Under the pieces are notes generated by a model. It saw nothing but the letters and a program-made list of their open reading frames with translations, did not search any database and was not told where the DNA came from. A stretch of DNA of 32,645 nt from a virus: positions 1 to 32,645 of IMG/VR virus record IMGVR_UViG_3300035104_000010; one strand, 5' to 3'. Position numbers and translations under genes: made by a program. This document shows, piece after piece, positions 1-7,665 of the stretch. Within the stretch, counting starts at the first letter, position 1. Every line of letters starts with the position of its first letter.

Positions 1-127
1 ATGGGAGGACAAGCAATGAAAATGGACGATGAACTGAGAGTGTATCGAGTCAAGGCCAATATTCGTGGCAAGGAAATGTACCTCGGTGAGGAAGGAGCTT
101 TCTATCACAATGGGGATAAGGACATCA
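1..127. repeat. Terminal overlap, identical to 32519..32645; marks a circular contig or terminal redundancy
   Basis: Nt 1..127 read identically at 32519..32645 (offset 32518) when compared by eye. Confidence 0.95.
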
Positions 128-210
128 TCTATTTTACAAAATATCAAGCAACCAGTATTGCTCTTTGCCTAAACAGAATAACCAAGACAGCGGATTTTTC
201 GAGGAGCTAA
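16..210 (+). CDS. Hypothetical protein (64 aa)
   Basis: In the circular context the ATG at 16 (=32534) overlaps the TGA of the upstream gene as ATGA. The frame is open to 210. Confidence 0.6.
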   Translation: MKMDDELRVYRVKANIRGKEMYLGEEGAFYHNGDKDIIYFTKYQATSIALCLNRITKTADFSRS

Positions 211-213
211 GCA

Positions 214-381
214 ATGAACAAATATTGTCAAAAAGATTGCAAGCATAAAGACTATTGCAAATTAGATGAAGAACAGACAAAGAAATGTAAGGTCGATGCA
301 AAGAAAGATGGAAAGATTTTGGGAAGGTCGTTTGATGAGATAAATGCAATGCAACATGGGAGGAAGCATGAAACCAGGTAA
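214..381 (+). CDS. Small Cys/Lys-rich protein (55 aa), not in the ORF track
   Basis: GAGGAG lies 8 nt upstream of the ATG at 214. Hand translation gives MNKYCQKDCKHKDYCKLDEEQTKKCKVD... with a stop at 379-381. Confidence 0.45.
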   Translation: MNKYCQKDCKHKDYCKLDEEQTKKCKVDAKKDGKILGRSFDEINAMQHGRKHETR

Positions 382-808
382 GCAGTTCGAAGCAGACTTC
401 AAGGCAAGCGTTCTTCCCGATCAACTCTACCTAAGGCTGAAGGACGCAGGAGGGTGGTCAACATCTAGTGACCTACGCTTCACTTCCTCCAACCTCTGTG
501 ACTGTCTTGTGTTTTCTAGGCGCACTCTGTATCTCTTGGAACTTAAGAGCCACAAGGGAAAGAGTGTCCCTGCAAGCTGCCTAAAGCAAGCGGACAAGCT
601 AGCGGATATTAATCAAGTAGGCACCATCCCTGCTTTTATCATCAACTTTCGTGATCAAAACGAGACATGGTTGATAGGTGCTGAGACGGTCAGAGAAGAG
701 CTACAAACAAGAGCAAGCCTATCAATCGAGACTTGCAGGGAGTATGGGCTATGTATCCCACAGAGAAAAATGAGGGTGCATTTGAGATACGATTTATCAG
801 TGCTATAA
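368..808 (+). CDS. RecU-like Holliday junction resolvase (PD-(D/E)XK)
   Basis: GGGAGGAAGC precedes the ATG at 368. The pattern D..(n)..LELKSHKGKSVP then PAFIINF resembles the RecU D...E-x-K core. Confidence 0.6.
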   Translation: MKPGKQFEADFKASVLPDQLYLRLKDAGGWSTSSDLRFTSSNLCDCLVFSRRTLYLLELKSHKGKSVPASCLKQADKLADINQVGTIPAFIINFRDQNETWLIGAETVREELQTRASLSIETCREYGLCIPQRKMRVHLRYDLSVL

Positions 809-824
809 GCACAAAGGGGATTTT

Positions 825-1073
825 ATGAACGAAGAAGCAAAAGCAGCGCAGGGTTTTATGGACGATTTGAGGTCAATCATTGGCAGGACTTACGAAATGG
901 CTGTCTCCCTTGATAGGATAGTTGTAGACAGGAGGGAAAAGTATTTTGGTGTTGCATGCACCGATGTAAAGGGGGAAGCAATACCAGATAACATGTCTGG
1001 TGAAATGTTTGCATTGCTCAATAGGACAATGGAAATTATCGAAAGAGCGCAAAAGTATGTCTTGGAAGTTTAG
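825..1073 (+). CDS. Hypothetical protein (82 aa)
   Basis: ORF with AAAGGGGA upstream of the ATG. No family recognised. Confidence 0.6.
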   Translation: MNEEAKAAQGFMDDLRSIIGRTYEMAVSLDRIVVDRREKYFGVACTDVKGEAIPDNMSGEMFALLNRTMEIIERAQKYVLEV

Positions 1074-1090
1074 TAAAACCATGGTATAAT
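1062..1090 (+). promoter_or_regulatory. Sigma70-type promoter with extended -10 (TTGGAA-17-TGgTATAAT)
   Basis: TTGGAA at 1062-1067, a 17-nt spacer, TG at 1082-1083 and TATAAT at 1085-1090. It sits directly after the stop of the upstream gene. Confidence 0.6.
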
Positions 1091-1153
1091 TTGTTACAAG
1101 CGCACCGTATCTTTTCGGAGAACGGAGGGAGTGGCCCACCATAGAAGGGCTGT

Positions 1154-1263
1154 AGGACTGTGGCGGAATTTGGTAGACGCTACGCGCGATGCAGAAAGTG
1201 CGGTGAAGGTCAAGCTGTGTTGATACGACCAAAACCATGCAGGTTCGAATCCTGCCAGTCCTA
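1154..1263 (+). tRNA. tRNA-like RNA of 110 nt; Leu-type class II D arm, canonical acceptor and T arms, non-canonical 57-nt core, anticodon not assignable
   Basis: Acceptor AGGACTG (1154-1160) pairs with CAGTCCT (1256-1262), followed by discriminator A. It has U8, the D arm GCGGAATTTGGTAGACGC and the T arm GCAGG-TTCGAAT-CCTGC. No CCA is encoded. No 5-bp stem with a 7-nt loop exists between the D and T arms. Confidence 0.6.
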
Positions 1264-1296
1264 GATGAGCTATCGATACCTACGGGCCGGTAGCCT

Positions 1297-1334
1297 TGGT
1301 TGGGGAGTTGCTTAGCTTCTCCCCGACCATTTTT
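1297..1334 (+). terminator. Intrinsic terminator or attenuator after the tRNA-like RNA
   Basis: TGGTTGGGGAG (1297-1307) pairs with CTCCCCGACCA (1319-1329) with one G:U, and is followed by TTTTT (1330-1334). Confidence 0.6.
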
Positions 1335-1349
1335 CTACAAGGAGGAATC

Positions 1350-1739
1350 ATGACCATCAAGAAAATGCAAGACAAGGCGTTTGCCAATGCGCTCAAGCAT
1401 GGCTTTCACCACAAGGGACAGAACATCGGGGAAATGCTCATGCTCATTGTCTCGGAGTTGGGGGAAGCGTTGGAGGCGGATAGGAAGGGAAAGCGTTTTG
1501 ATCGGAAGGATACAGAATGGCTATCAATCTATGCAAACCGCAAGACTGACGATGATGCAGATACCTTCGACATGATGTTCATCGAGAAGGTCAAAGACAC
1601 CTTCGAGGACGAGCTAGCAGATGTGGTGATAAGGGTGGCAGACATGTGTGGCTATCTTGGCATTGACCTGGAATCGCACATCAAGGCAAAGATGAAATAC
1701 AACGAGTCAAGACCTTACAAGCATGGAAAGGAGTATTGA
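1350..1739 (+). CDS. mazG: MazG-like nucleoside triphosphate pyrophosphohydrolase
   Basis: AAGGAGG lies 4 nt before the ATG at 1350. Motifs ELGEALEA and EDELADVVIRVADM and the C-terminal YNESRPYKHGK are typical of all-alpha NTP-PPase/MazG proteins. Confidence 0.75.
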   Translation: MTIKKMQDKAFANALKHGFHHKGQNIGEMLMLIVSELGEALEADRKGKRFDRKDTEWLSIYANRKTDDDADTFDMMFIEKVKDTFEDELADVVIRVADMCGYLGIDLESHIKAKMKYNESRPYKHGKEY

Positions 1740-2102
1740 ATGAGAAAGTTAGGCGAACAGTGGATTGAGGAGATTGATGGGAAGAAGCACATGGTGAAAG
1801 CAGTCAAACAGACCAACAAATGTAGCGGTTGTGTTTTCTGTACTTCTTATTGGTGCGGAGACCATATCCAGAGCGAAAGGGAATTTGATTGCTCAACTAT
1901 GATTATCAAAGACCTTGGAATCCTTAATGAGGACGGATTGCTTCCTTGTCCTTTCTGTAAAGAGTATCCAGAACTAGTAGAAGAATCTGATGAGAATGAT
2001 GAAGCAATCTACACTGTTGAGCATGAGTGCAGTGTTTTGATCGAAGCTGGTTGGTGGCATGACAGGCAACAAGCCATCGACGCATGGAACAGGAGGGTGT
2101 GA
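1740..2102 (+). CDS. Cys-rich protein with a C-terminal Lar-family (restriction alleviation-like) domain
   Basis: The C-terminus LLPCPFCKEYPELVEE...YTVEHEC...QQAIDAWNRRV matches the Lar-family pattern (CPFC ... AIxAWNRR). The N-terminal half carries CSGCVFC..WC. Confidence 0.6.
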   Translation: MRKLGEQWIEEIDGKKHMVKAVKQTNKCSGCVFCTSYWCGDHIQSEREFDCSTMIIKDLGILNEDGLLPCPFCKEYPELVEESDENDEAIYTVEHECSVLIEAGWWHDRQQAIDAWNRRV

Positions 2103-2266
2103 TGAAAAAACGAGTTGCGGTTAAGGTATTAAAAAGAACGTTAAAAGCTATATCGCCAATAGGCTATTTACAAAATGACCCTTCATACAACAGCAATACT
2201 ATTGGAATAGCAATAAGACAAGTCAATAAACTTAAAAGGAGGGTAAAAGCAAATGACAAAGAATGA
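2102..2266 (+). CDS. Hypothetical basic protein (54 aa)
   Basis: AGGAGGG precedes the ATG at 2102, which overlaps the upstream stop as TGATG. Confidence 0.5.
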   Translation: MKKRVAVKVLKRTLKAISPIGYLQNDPSYNSNTIGIAIRQVNKLKRRVKANDKE

Positions 2267-2399
2267 GGTTATAGATGCATTCCAGAAAGCTGTCAAAGAA
2301 GTGGTAGTTGACTCAACATTGAAAACGTATAAGCAATCACTCATTGAAAAATGGCAAATAAAACCAATATATCTAGATACAAACATGAAACCAATCTAG
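2253..2399 (+). CDS. Hypothetical protein (48 aa), not in the ORF track
   Basis: AAAAGGAGGG lies 9 nt before the ATG at 2253. Hand translation gives MTKNEVIDAFQKAVKEVVVDSTLKTYKQSLIEKWQIKPIYLDTNMKPI. Confidence 0.45.
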   Translation: MTKNEVIDAFQKAVKEVVVDSTLKTYKQSLIEKWQIKPIYLDTNMKPI

Positions 2400-2410
2400 G
2401 GGAGAGCTAT

Positions 2411-2584
2411 ATGATGGGAACAAGACAAAAAGCAAAGACAGGCGATGAATGGGATTTGTTGTATTGGCGTCATGCCTTTAGATACATGGAACGCAGCGCA
2501 AGCACGATCAAAAAGAGAATGCGGAGAAGGATACGCCACGAAGGAAAACAACTATGCCAATATCTAGATGTACAGAACCAGTAA
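2411..2584 (+). CDS. Hypothetical Arg-rich protein (57 aa)
   Basis: GGGGAG precedes the ATG at 2411. The sequence runs MMGTRQKAKTGDEWDLLYWRH...KKRMRRRIRHEG. Confidence 0.5.
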   Translation: MMGTRQKAKTGDEWDLLYWRHAFRYMERSASTIKKRMRRRIRHEGKQLCQYLDVQNQ

Positions 2585-2964
2585 CGAAGGCACTTGTATA
2601 TGTTATTGTGGGGACACCAGAAGACCTTGTTAAATGGTATCATAGGCATGGAAGGAAAGACTTCAAGCAAAACGGTAAATTAAGAGGACACGCAAACAGG
2701 CTATACAAAGATGGTGGTGTATATTTTGTTACTTGGTTTCTATGTGAAGACCATAAAATAGGCGTTCCGATAAAGACCATTGTGCATGAATGCTTCCATT
2801 TGTACGCTTATGTTTGTGGTGTTATGCAATCATCAGAATATTTTTGCATTAATGATTCAGATAATGAGGACGATGCTTACCACTTCGCAAACCTATATCA
2901 AGAGGTTGAGGATGGTGTACAGAAATGTTTGGATAGAATAGCAAGGAAGGAAAACAATCCTTGA
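2554..2964 (+). CDS. Putative small Zn-metallopeptidase-like protein (HExxH)
   Basis: It has a single HECFH motif within 136 aa. It is the last gene before the terminator at 3027. The family is not recognised. Confidence 0.4.
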   Translation: MPISRCTEPVTKALVYVIVGTPEDLVKWYHRHGRKDFKQNGKLRGHANRLYKDGGVYFVTWFLCEDHKIGVPIKTIVHECFHLYAYVCGVMQSSEYFCINDSDNEDDAYHFANLYQEVEDGVQKCLDRIARKENNP

Positions 2965-2988
2965 CAACTCACCAGCCCATGTTATACT
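2961..2988 (+). promoter_or_regulatory. Near-consensus promoter TTGACA-16-TGtTATACT
   Basis: TTGACA at 2961-2966 overlaps the TGA stop. TG is at 2980-2981 and TATACT at 2983-2988. A second -10-like TATAGT lies at 2992-2997. Confidence 0.55.
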
Positions 2989-3026
2989 GACTATAGTTTC
3001 TGGAATTCACAATTCATAGTAATGGA

Positions 3027-3063
3027 CCCTAGATATTTAGCCTGTGCGGTATCTAGGGTTTTT
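3027..3063 (+). terminator. Intrinsic terminator
   Basis: A perfect 9-bp stem, CCCTAGATA (3027-3035) with TATCTAGGG (3050-3058), is followed by TTTTT (3059-3063). Confidence 0.7.
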
Positions 3064-3071
3064 CTGTATAG

Positions 3072-3099
3072 TTGACATAGAACCAAAAGGTGTTATAAT
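3072..3099 (+). promoter_or_regulatory. Candidate late promoter TTGACA-16-TGtTATAAT, which places the terS ATG at the predicted +1
   Basis: TTGACA at 3072-3077, TG at 3091-3092 and TATAAT at 3094-3099. The A of the ATG at 3106 is 7 nt after the -10 hexamer. Confidence 0.6.
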
Positions 3100-3105
3100 T
3101 AAAGC

Positions 3106-3459
3106 ATGGCTAAGAATGTAGGGTGCCCAAAAAAAGTCATTGATTATGATATAGTAAACAATCTCTGTAAGATTCAATGCACAGGTGAGGAAATAGCTTC
3201 TGTGCTTGACATTGATTACGATACGCTTAATGCAGCTATAAAGCGAGACAAGGGTATTGGATTTTCGGACTATTTTAAGCAAAAAAGAGGGAGCGGCAAA
3301 GCATCACTCAGGCGTAGGCAATGGAAGGCTGCTATAGAGGAAGGAAACACTACAATGTTGATATGGCTCGGAAAACAGTACCTAGGGCAAGTGGATAAAC
3401 AAGAACACGAAGTATCCGGCAAAGACGGAGAACCAATCAAGGTAACATGGCAGAAGTAG
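3106..3459 (+). CDS. terS: Terminase small subunit (HTH type)
   Basis: It lies immediately upstream of TerL and overlaps it. The N-terminal HTH (CTGEEIASVLDIDYDTLN) and the motif NTTMLIWLGKQYLGQ are typical of phage small terminases. Confidence 0.7.
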   Translation: MAKNVGCPKKVIDYDIVNNLCKIQCTGEEIASVLDIDYDTLNAAIKRDKGIGFSDYFKQKRGSGKASLRRRQWKAAIEEGNTTMLIWLGKQYLGQVDKQEHEVSGKDGEPIKVTWQK

Positions 3460-4649
3460 GAATCCTTCATCAATACAAGCCATTCTTCACCGACCTCTAC
3501 CGATACAATGTGGTATACGGTGGAAGGGGAAAGGGAGCTACTTGGTCTATTGCTAGGGGATTGTTGGTAGAAGCGATTGAAAAGCGTCACCGTATCCTAT
3601 GTACCAGAGAGTTCCAGAACTCCATCAATGAATCTGTGTATTACACCCTTGTTGAACAGATAAGCATGTTGGGCCTTGATAAGCTGTTCACCATCCAAAA
3701 GACTTCCATTACTTCAATAACCGGAAGCGAGTTTATCTTCAAAGGTCTAAGGCACAATATCGACTCCATCAAGAGTATGGAAGGGATAACCAGGGTATGG
3801 GTTGCAGAAGCAGACAAGGTGCCACAGTCCTCATGGGACAAGTTGATACCCACGATAAGGGCAGAGGGATCAAAGTTCTATATAGACTTCAACACCGATA
3901 CTGAGGACGACCCTGTTTATCGCATGTTCGTAAAGCACAAGAACAAGGACGCTTTTGTATTGTTCCAAACCTTCTTGGATAACCCATACTTCCCAGAAGT
4001 CCTCCGTAAGGAAATGGAGAACGACAAGGAATACAACTATGACAAATACCTTTGGGTGTGGGAAGGGAAACCTCGCAACTTCTCTGACTCTTGTATCTTC
4101 GCAGGGAAGTTTATTGTTGACGACTTCACAACCATTCCAGAACCGCATTATATGCACGGTGCTGACTGGGGATTTGCTCATGACCCTACCGCTGTTACCA
4201 GATGTTACGCACACGAGGGGTGCTTGTATATTGACGCAGAAGCATATGGAGTAGGAGTGGAGATAGATGACCATCCAGCTTTGTTTGATACCATCCCAAC
4301 CACTCGCTCATGGCCTATCATCGCAGACAGCGCAAGACCGGAGCTTATCAGCTACATGAAGCGTCAAGGCTTTAGGATAAGTTCAGCAAAGAAGGGTAAG
4401 GGTTCTATCAACGCAGGGATAGAGCGCATAAGGAACTTCAAGAAGGTCATTATCCATCCTCGCTGCAAGCACACGATAGAGGAATTCAAGTTGTATTCCT
4501 ACAAGGTAAACTCTACCACAGGAGACATCATGCCGATACCGGAGGACAAGTATAATGATTGCGTGGATTCTCTTAGGTACGCAACAGAGCGATATAAAGA
4601 GCGTAAACCACAGGCAGAAAATATAAACATGGGGGCACTCGGATTATGA
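3447..4649 (+). CDS. terL: Terminase large subunit (PBSX-like family)
   Basis: Walker A-like YGGRGKGAT, CTREFQNSI and Walker B-like VWVAEAD, followed by a C-terminal nuclease-like half. 400 aa. Confidence 0.9.
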   Translation: MAEVGILHQYKPFFTDLYRYNVVYGGRGKGATWSIARGLLVEAIEKRHRILCTREFQNSINESVYYTLVEQISMLGLDKLFTIQKTSITSITGSEFIFKGLRHNIDSIKSMEGITRVWVAEADKVPQSSWDKLIPTIRAEGSKFYIDFNTDTEDDPVYRMFVKHKNKDAFVLFQTFLDNPYFPEVLRKEMENDKEYNYDKYLWVWEGKPRNFSDSCIFAGKFIVDDFTTIPEPHYMHGADWGFAHDPTAVTRCYAHEGCLYIDAEAYGVGVEIDDHPALFDTIPTTRSWPIIADSARPELISYMKRQGFRISSAKKGKGSINAGIERIRNFKKVIIHPRCKHTIEEFKLYSYKVNSTTGDIMPIPEDKYNDCVDSLRYATERYKERKPQAENINMGALGL

Positions 4650-5929
4650 GAGCAGATTTAATAGAGAAGAAAGGTAAAATGTATGTGCCCGATGTAGAGG
4701 GCTTCGCAATAGAATGTGACCACCTAAGGGAATGGGAATCCTATTACAATGGTGACCCTGCTGAGCTTAGGAAGATTTGGAATCATCGGGAAGCCTCGAG
4801 GATTAGTCCCAACAACTTTTCTCCATCCGGTTATCCAAGATACATCGTTGACATCATGGCTGGATACATGGGGAGCCCAGAATCCATCAACTATGTGGGT
4901 GAAGGCAAATACAAAGAGCTTATCGATGCGATCAATAAGAAGAACCATGAGAACACCCTTACCTCCAAGCAAATCAAGCAAGCTGGTATCTTCGGGAAAT
5001 CATGCGAGCTGCATTTCATTGAAAAGGACGGAGAAAAGGTAATACCAAGGTTCGTTGACGTCTCCCCGATGCAAGTTGAACCAGTATACAGCACATCAAT
5101 AGCAAAGGAACTCCTAGCGGTTATCTGGCAACAGGAAAACATGATGCGTGTGTATTACGCAGATAGAACCGATGTGTACACCAAGGTTGAAGGTGTTTGG
5201 GAATTTGACAAGGAAGTGAAGAACGATTATGGCATGGTTCCATGGGTCATTACCCAGAACAACTCCACCTCCACCCCGACATGGTTGTGTGTCAAAAACT
5301 ATGTAGACATCATAGACGCATTACAGACAAACACCCTCAACGCTCTTGACCGACATGCTAGGGGAACGCTGATAACCTCCCTAGAAAAGACGGACGAGCT
5401 TGTCAAGAATCTATCCGCTCTCAATGCTGTCTTTGGCATGGAGAAGGGAGACCAAGGAAACGGGAAGGACTTCTTTGATTTTGTGGAACAGAACCTAGAC
5501 CCAGACCTTCGGGAAGCGATGCTCAACCACTTCATCAACGAGCTTCACAAGATTAGCGGTATCTTCGACTTCACCAAGTTAGACCTAGGGCAAGACCCTT
5601 CAGGTACTGCTCTTAAATACCGCATTTATCCGATGGAACTCAAGGCAAGTGAGATTGTGGCATACAGGCAAGAAGGTCTTGAAAGACGCTACGAGCTGAT
5701 AGACACTCTCATTGAATCCATGACGGTTATGGGGGTGAATACCAAGGTAGAGCCTTTGACCATCAAGATTGAGCGGAACATACCGGACAATGTGAAGGCC
5801 ATCCTGGAAGAAAACAACCTCATGGCAGGGTATGTAGACAGCCAAACCTTGATAGAGCGTATCCCCAACATGGACGCTGAGGAAATCGCAGAACGCAAGG
5901 TTGCGGAGGCACCACAGATAGAGCTATGA
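4646..5929 (+). CDS. Portal protein (SPP1 gp6-like)
   Basis: 427 aa, directly after TerL with an ATGA overlap. Size and position are typical. Confidence 0.8.
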   Translation: MRADLIEKKGKMYVPDVEGFAIECDHLREWESYYNGDPAELRKIWNHREASRISPNNFSPSGYPRYIVDIMAGYMGSPESINYVGEGKYKELIDAINKKNHENTLTSKQIKQAGIFGKSCELHFIEKDGEKVIPRFVDVSPMQVEPVYSTSIAKELLAVIWQQENMMRVYYADRTDVYTKVEGVWEFDKEVKNDYGMVPWVITQNNSTSTPTWLCVKNYVDIIDALQTNTLNALDRHARGTLITSLEKTDELVKNLSALNAVFGMEKGDQGNGKDFFDFVEQNLDPDLREAMLNHFINELHKISGIFDFTKLDLGQDPSGTALKYRIYPMELKASEIVAYRQEGLERRYELIDTLIESMTVMGVNTKVEPLTIKIERNIPDNVKAILEENNLMAGYVDSQTLIERIPNMDAEEIAERKVAEAPQIEL

Positions 5930-6927
5930 GCATACAGAGCTTACAGACGCAAGCACATGAACTCACCGACAAGCGGATAGAGCAACAGGCAAGGGAAATC
6001 CTTGCGCTCTACCGCTCTGAGCGTGACTCCATCCTTTCCCTGCTCAAGACCACCTACGCAGAATATCTAGTTAACACTGATGTATCTGATTATTGGGTGG
6101 TCATGAACCAATACAAGCGTTTGGAAAAGCTCAACAAAGAAATGCAAGGTATCTTCTTGGACACCACCCGAAAGGCTTATGCACAAGTAAAACAAGGGCT
6201 GACCGATGTTGTGGAAGAGGGGTATTACCGGAGCAGATATGTAACAGAGTCCTTCAGTGGCATTCTAGGAATCAAGGAAACCGCACCCCTTCTCAATCCT
6301 CTTGTCACAGAGCTTGCGGTCACGGGGGATTTGGATATCTGGAAGGCTATCAGAAATGAACGACTCAAAGAGATTGCCCTAGGCATTGTACCCAAGACAG
6401 GCAAGACGCTCAAACAGATATTGGCAGACAATGCTACCGCTGACCTTACCAAGATACAGCAGACGGTGAAGCAAGGCTTTATCAGTGGGGTGAGTTACAA
6501 CAAGCAAGTGGAGTCTTTGAAACCTATCTTTGCAAACTCCGCTTACAAGACCCAACGAGTAGTAAGGACGGAAGGGAACCGATGTTACAACGCAGGGGTG
6601 TACACCGAGTCCAAGACAAGCAATGTATCCAAGAAAAAGCGTTGGATTGCTACCCTTGACGACAGGACAAGAGACGAGCATGGGGCGTTGGACGGAACCA
6701 CGATAGGGATTGACGAATACTTCCGCATTGGTTCGGATCGTGCGCTCTACCCTGGCAATTTTACCGAAGCTCGAAATAATATTAATTGTCGCTGCACAAC
6801 CATTGAAATCATCGAAGGGTTGGAGCCGACAGTGAGAAGGGGTAAAGACCCAGTGACAGGCAAGTCTACAATCATCACTTACAAGAACTATGACAAATGG
6901 AAAAAAGAAGTAACCAAGGTTACTTAG
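5926..6927 (+). CDS. Head morphogenesis protein (Mu F / SPP1 gp7 family)
   Basis: RTEGNRCYNAG ... DDRTRDEHGALDG ... NCRCT motifs, located after the portal gene. Confidence 0.8.
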   Translation: MSIQSLQTQAHELTDKRIEQQAREILALYRSERDSILSLLKTTYAEYLVNTDVSDYWVVMNQYKRLEKLNKEMQGIFLDTTRKAYAQVKQGLTDVVEEGYYRSRYVTESFSGILGIKETAPLLNPLVTELAVTGDLDIWKAIRNERLKEIALGIVPKTGKTLKQILADNATADLTKIQQTVKQGFISGVSYNKQVESLKPIFANSAYKTQRVVRTEGNRCYNAGVYTESKTSNVSKKKRWIATLDDRTRDEHGALDGTTIGIDEYFRIGSDRALYPGNFTEARNNINCRCTTIEIIEGLEPTVRRGKDPVTGKSTIITYKNYDKWKKEVTKVT

Positions 6928-6960
6928 ATATAGAAGGGAGAAATCCCAAGGGAGCACAAA

Positions 6961-7653
6961 ATGACATTAACAGAACTAGTAGCAAACCATGTATTCTCGA
7001 AGTTGACAACGCTCAAGGAAGGGAGTACACTAGAAGACGTAAAGAAAGAACTGGCGGGGTTGGATTCAACACTTTCGGGGCTTTCCGATGCGGAGAAGGT
7101 GAAGCTGTTCGAAGAGACCGCACCTTTGAAGTCTTACGTGGACGCAAGAATCAACAAGACGCTTGATACAAAGCAAGCGGAATTGAAAACAGAGTTCGAT
7201 TCAGAGCGTCAAAAATTAACCACACAGTTAGAAGAACTAAGGGCAAAGGTTCCCATGGACGACCTCGAAGCGTTGAAAAAGGCTTGGTTGGAAGCTCCAG
7301 ACAAGGATAAGCCTGCAAGGAAGCGAGATTATGAATTCGCCAAGATGCAAGCAGACCTTGAAACCCTTCGACATGAGAAGGAAGAGAGCGACAAGAGAGC
7401 AACCAGAGCGGCATTGAAAGAGGTAGCGCAAAAAGAGCTGGGCGACAGAAAGCTCCCTCCGTTTGTCAATCTCGATGCCTATCTTGGAAACGATGAAGCA
7501 GAGACGGTTGAGAGAATCAAGCAGGTATCAGCGCAGTACGATGAGTTCATGAAGAGTATCAAAGCCCAGAACGCTTCTAGCGACACACCTCCAGATGGAG
7601 GCGCACCAGACTTCGACCTTGCGGCTTCCATGAAGGCAGCAGGCACATTTTAA
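6961..7653 (+). CDS. Scaffolding protein
   Basis: A charged, coiled-coil-rich 230-aa protein located between the morphogenesis protein and the MCP. Confidence 0.65.
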   Translation: MTLTELVANHVFSKLTTLKEGSTLEDVKKELAGLDSTLSGLSDAEKVKLFEETAPLKSYVDARINKTLDTKQAELKTEFDSERQKLTTQLEELRAKVPMDDLEALKKAWLEAPDKDKPARKRDYEFAKMQADLETLRHEKEESDKRATRAALKEVAQKELGDRKLPPFVNLDAYLGNDEAETVERIKQVSAQYDEFMKSIKAQNASSDTPPDGGAPDFDLAASMKAAGTF

Positions 7654-7665
7654 CAGGAGATTTAC

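Noticed and set aside
1-127. The 127-nt terminal repeat as a biological direct terminal repeat or LTR-like mobile element boundary.
   Set aside because: Its length equals a common maximum assembler k-mer and a gene reads straight through the junction. A PBSX-type TerL fits headful packaging, so an assembly overlap of a circular or permuted genome is more parsimonious.
1154-1263. The tRNA-like element as an attP site or a marker of integration into a host tRNA gene.
   Set aside because: The genome has no integrase, recombinase or excision module. The element contains a complete 5' and 3' acceptor rather than only a tRNA 3' fragment, and it has its own promoter and terminator.
1154-1263. The tRNA-like element as a suppressor tRNA signalling genome-wide stop-codon reassignment.
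   Set aside because: All large genes are intact under the standard code. The only coding gap (12515-12707) is explained by the -1 frameshift. No CUA, UCA or UUA anticodon loop can be drawn.
1296-1349. N-terminal extension of the MazG ORF from the TTG at 1296.
   Set aside because: The extension is the terminator hairpin translated. The ATG at 1350 has a perfect AAGGAGG RBS, and MazG homology starts there.
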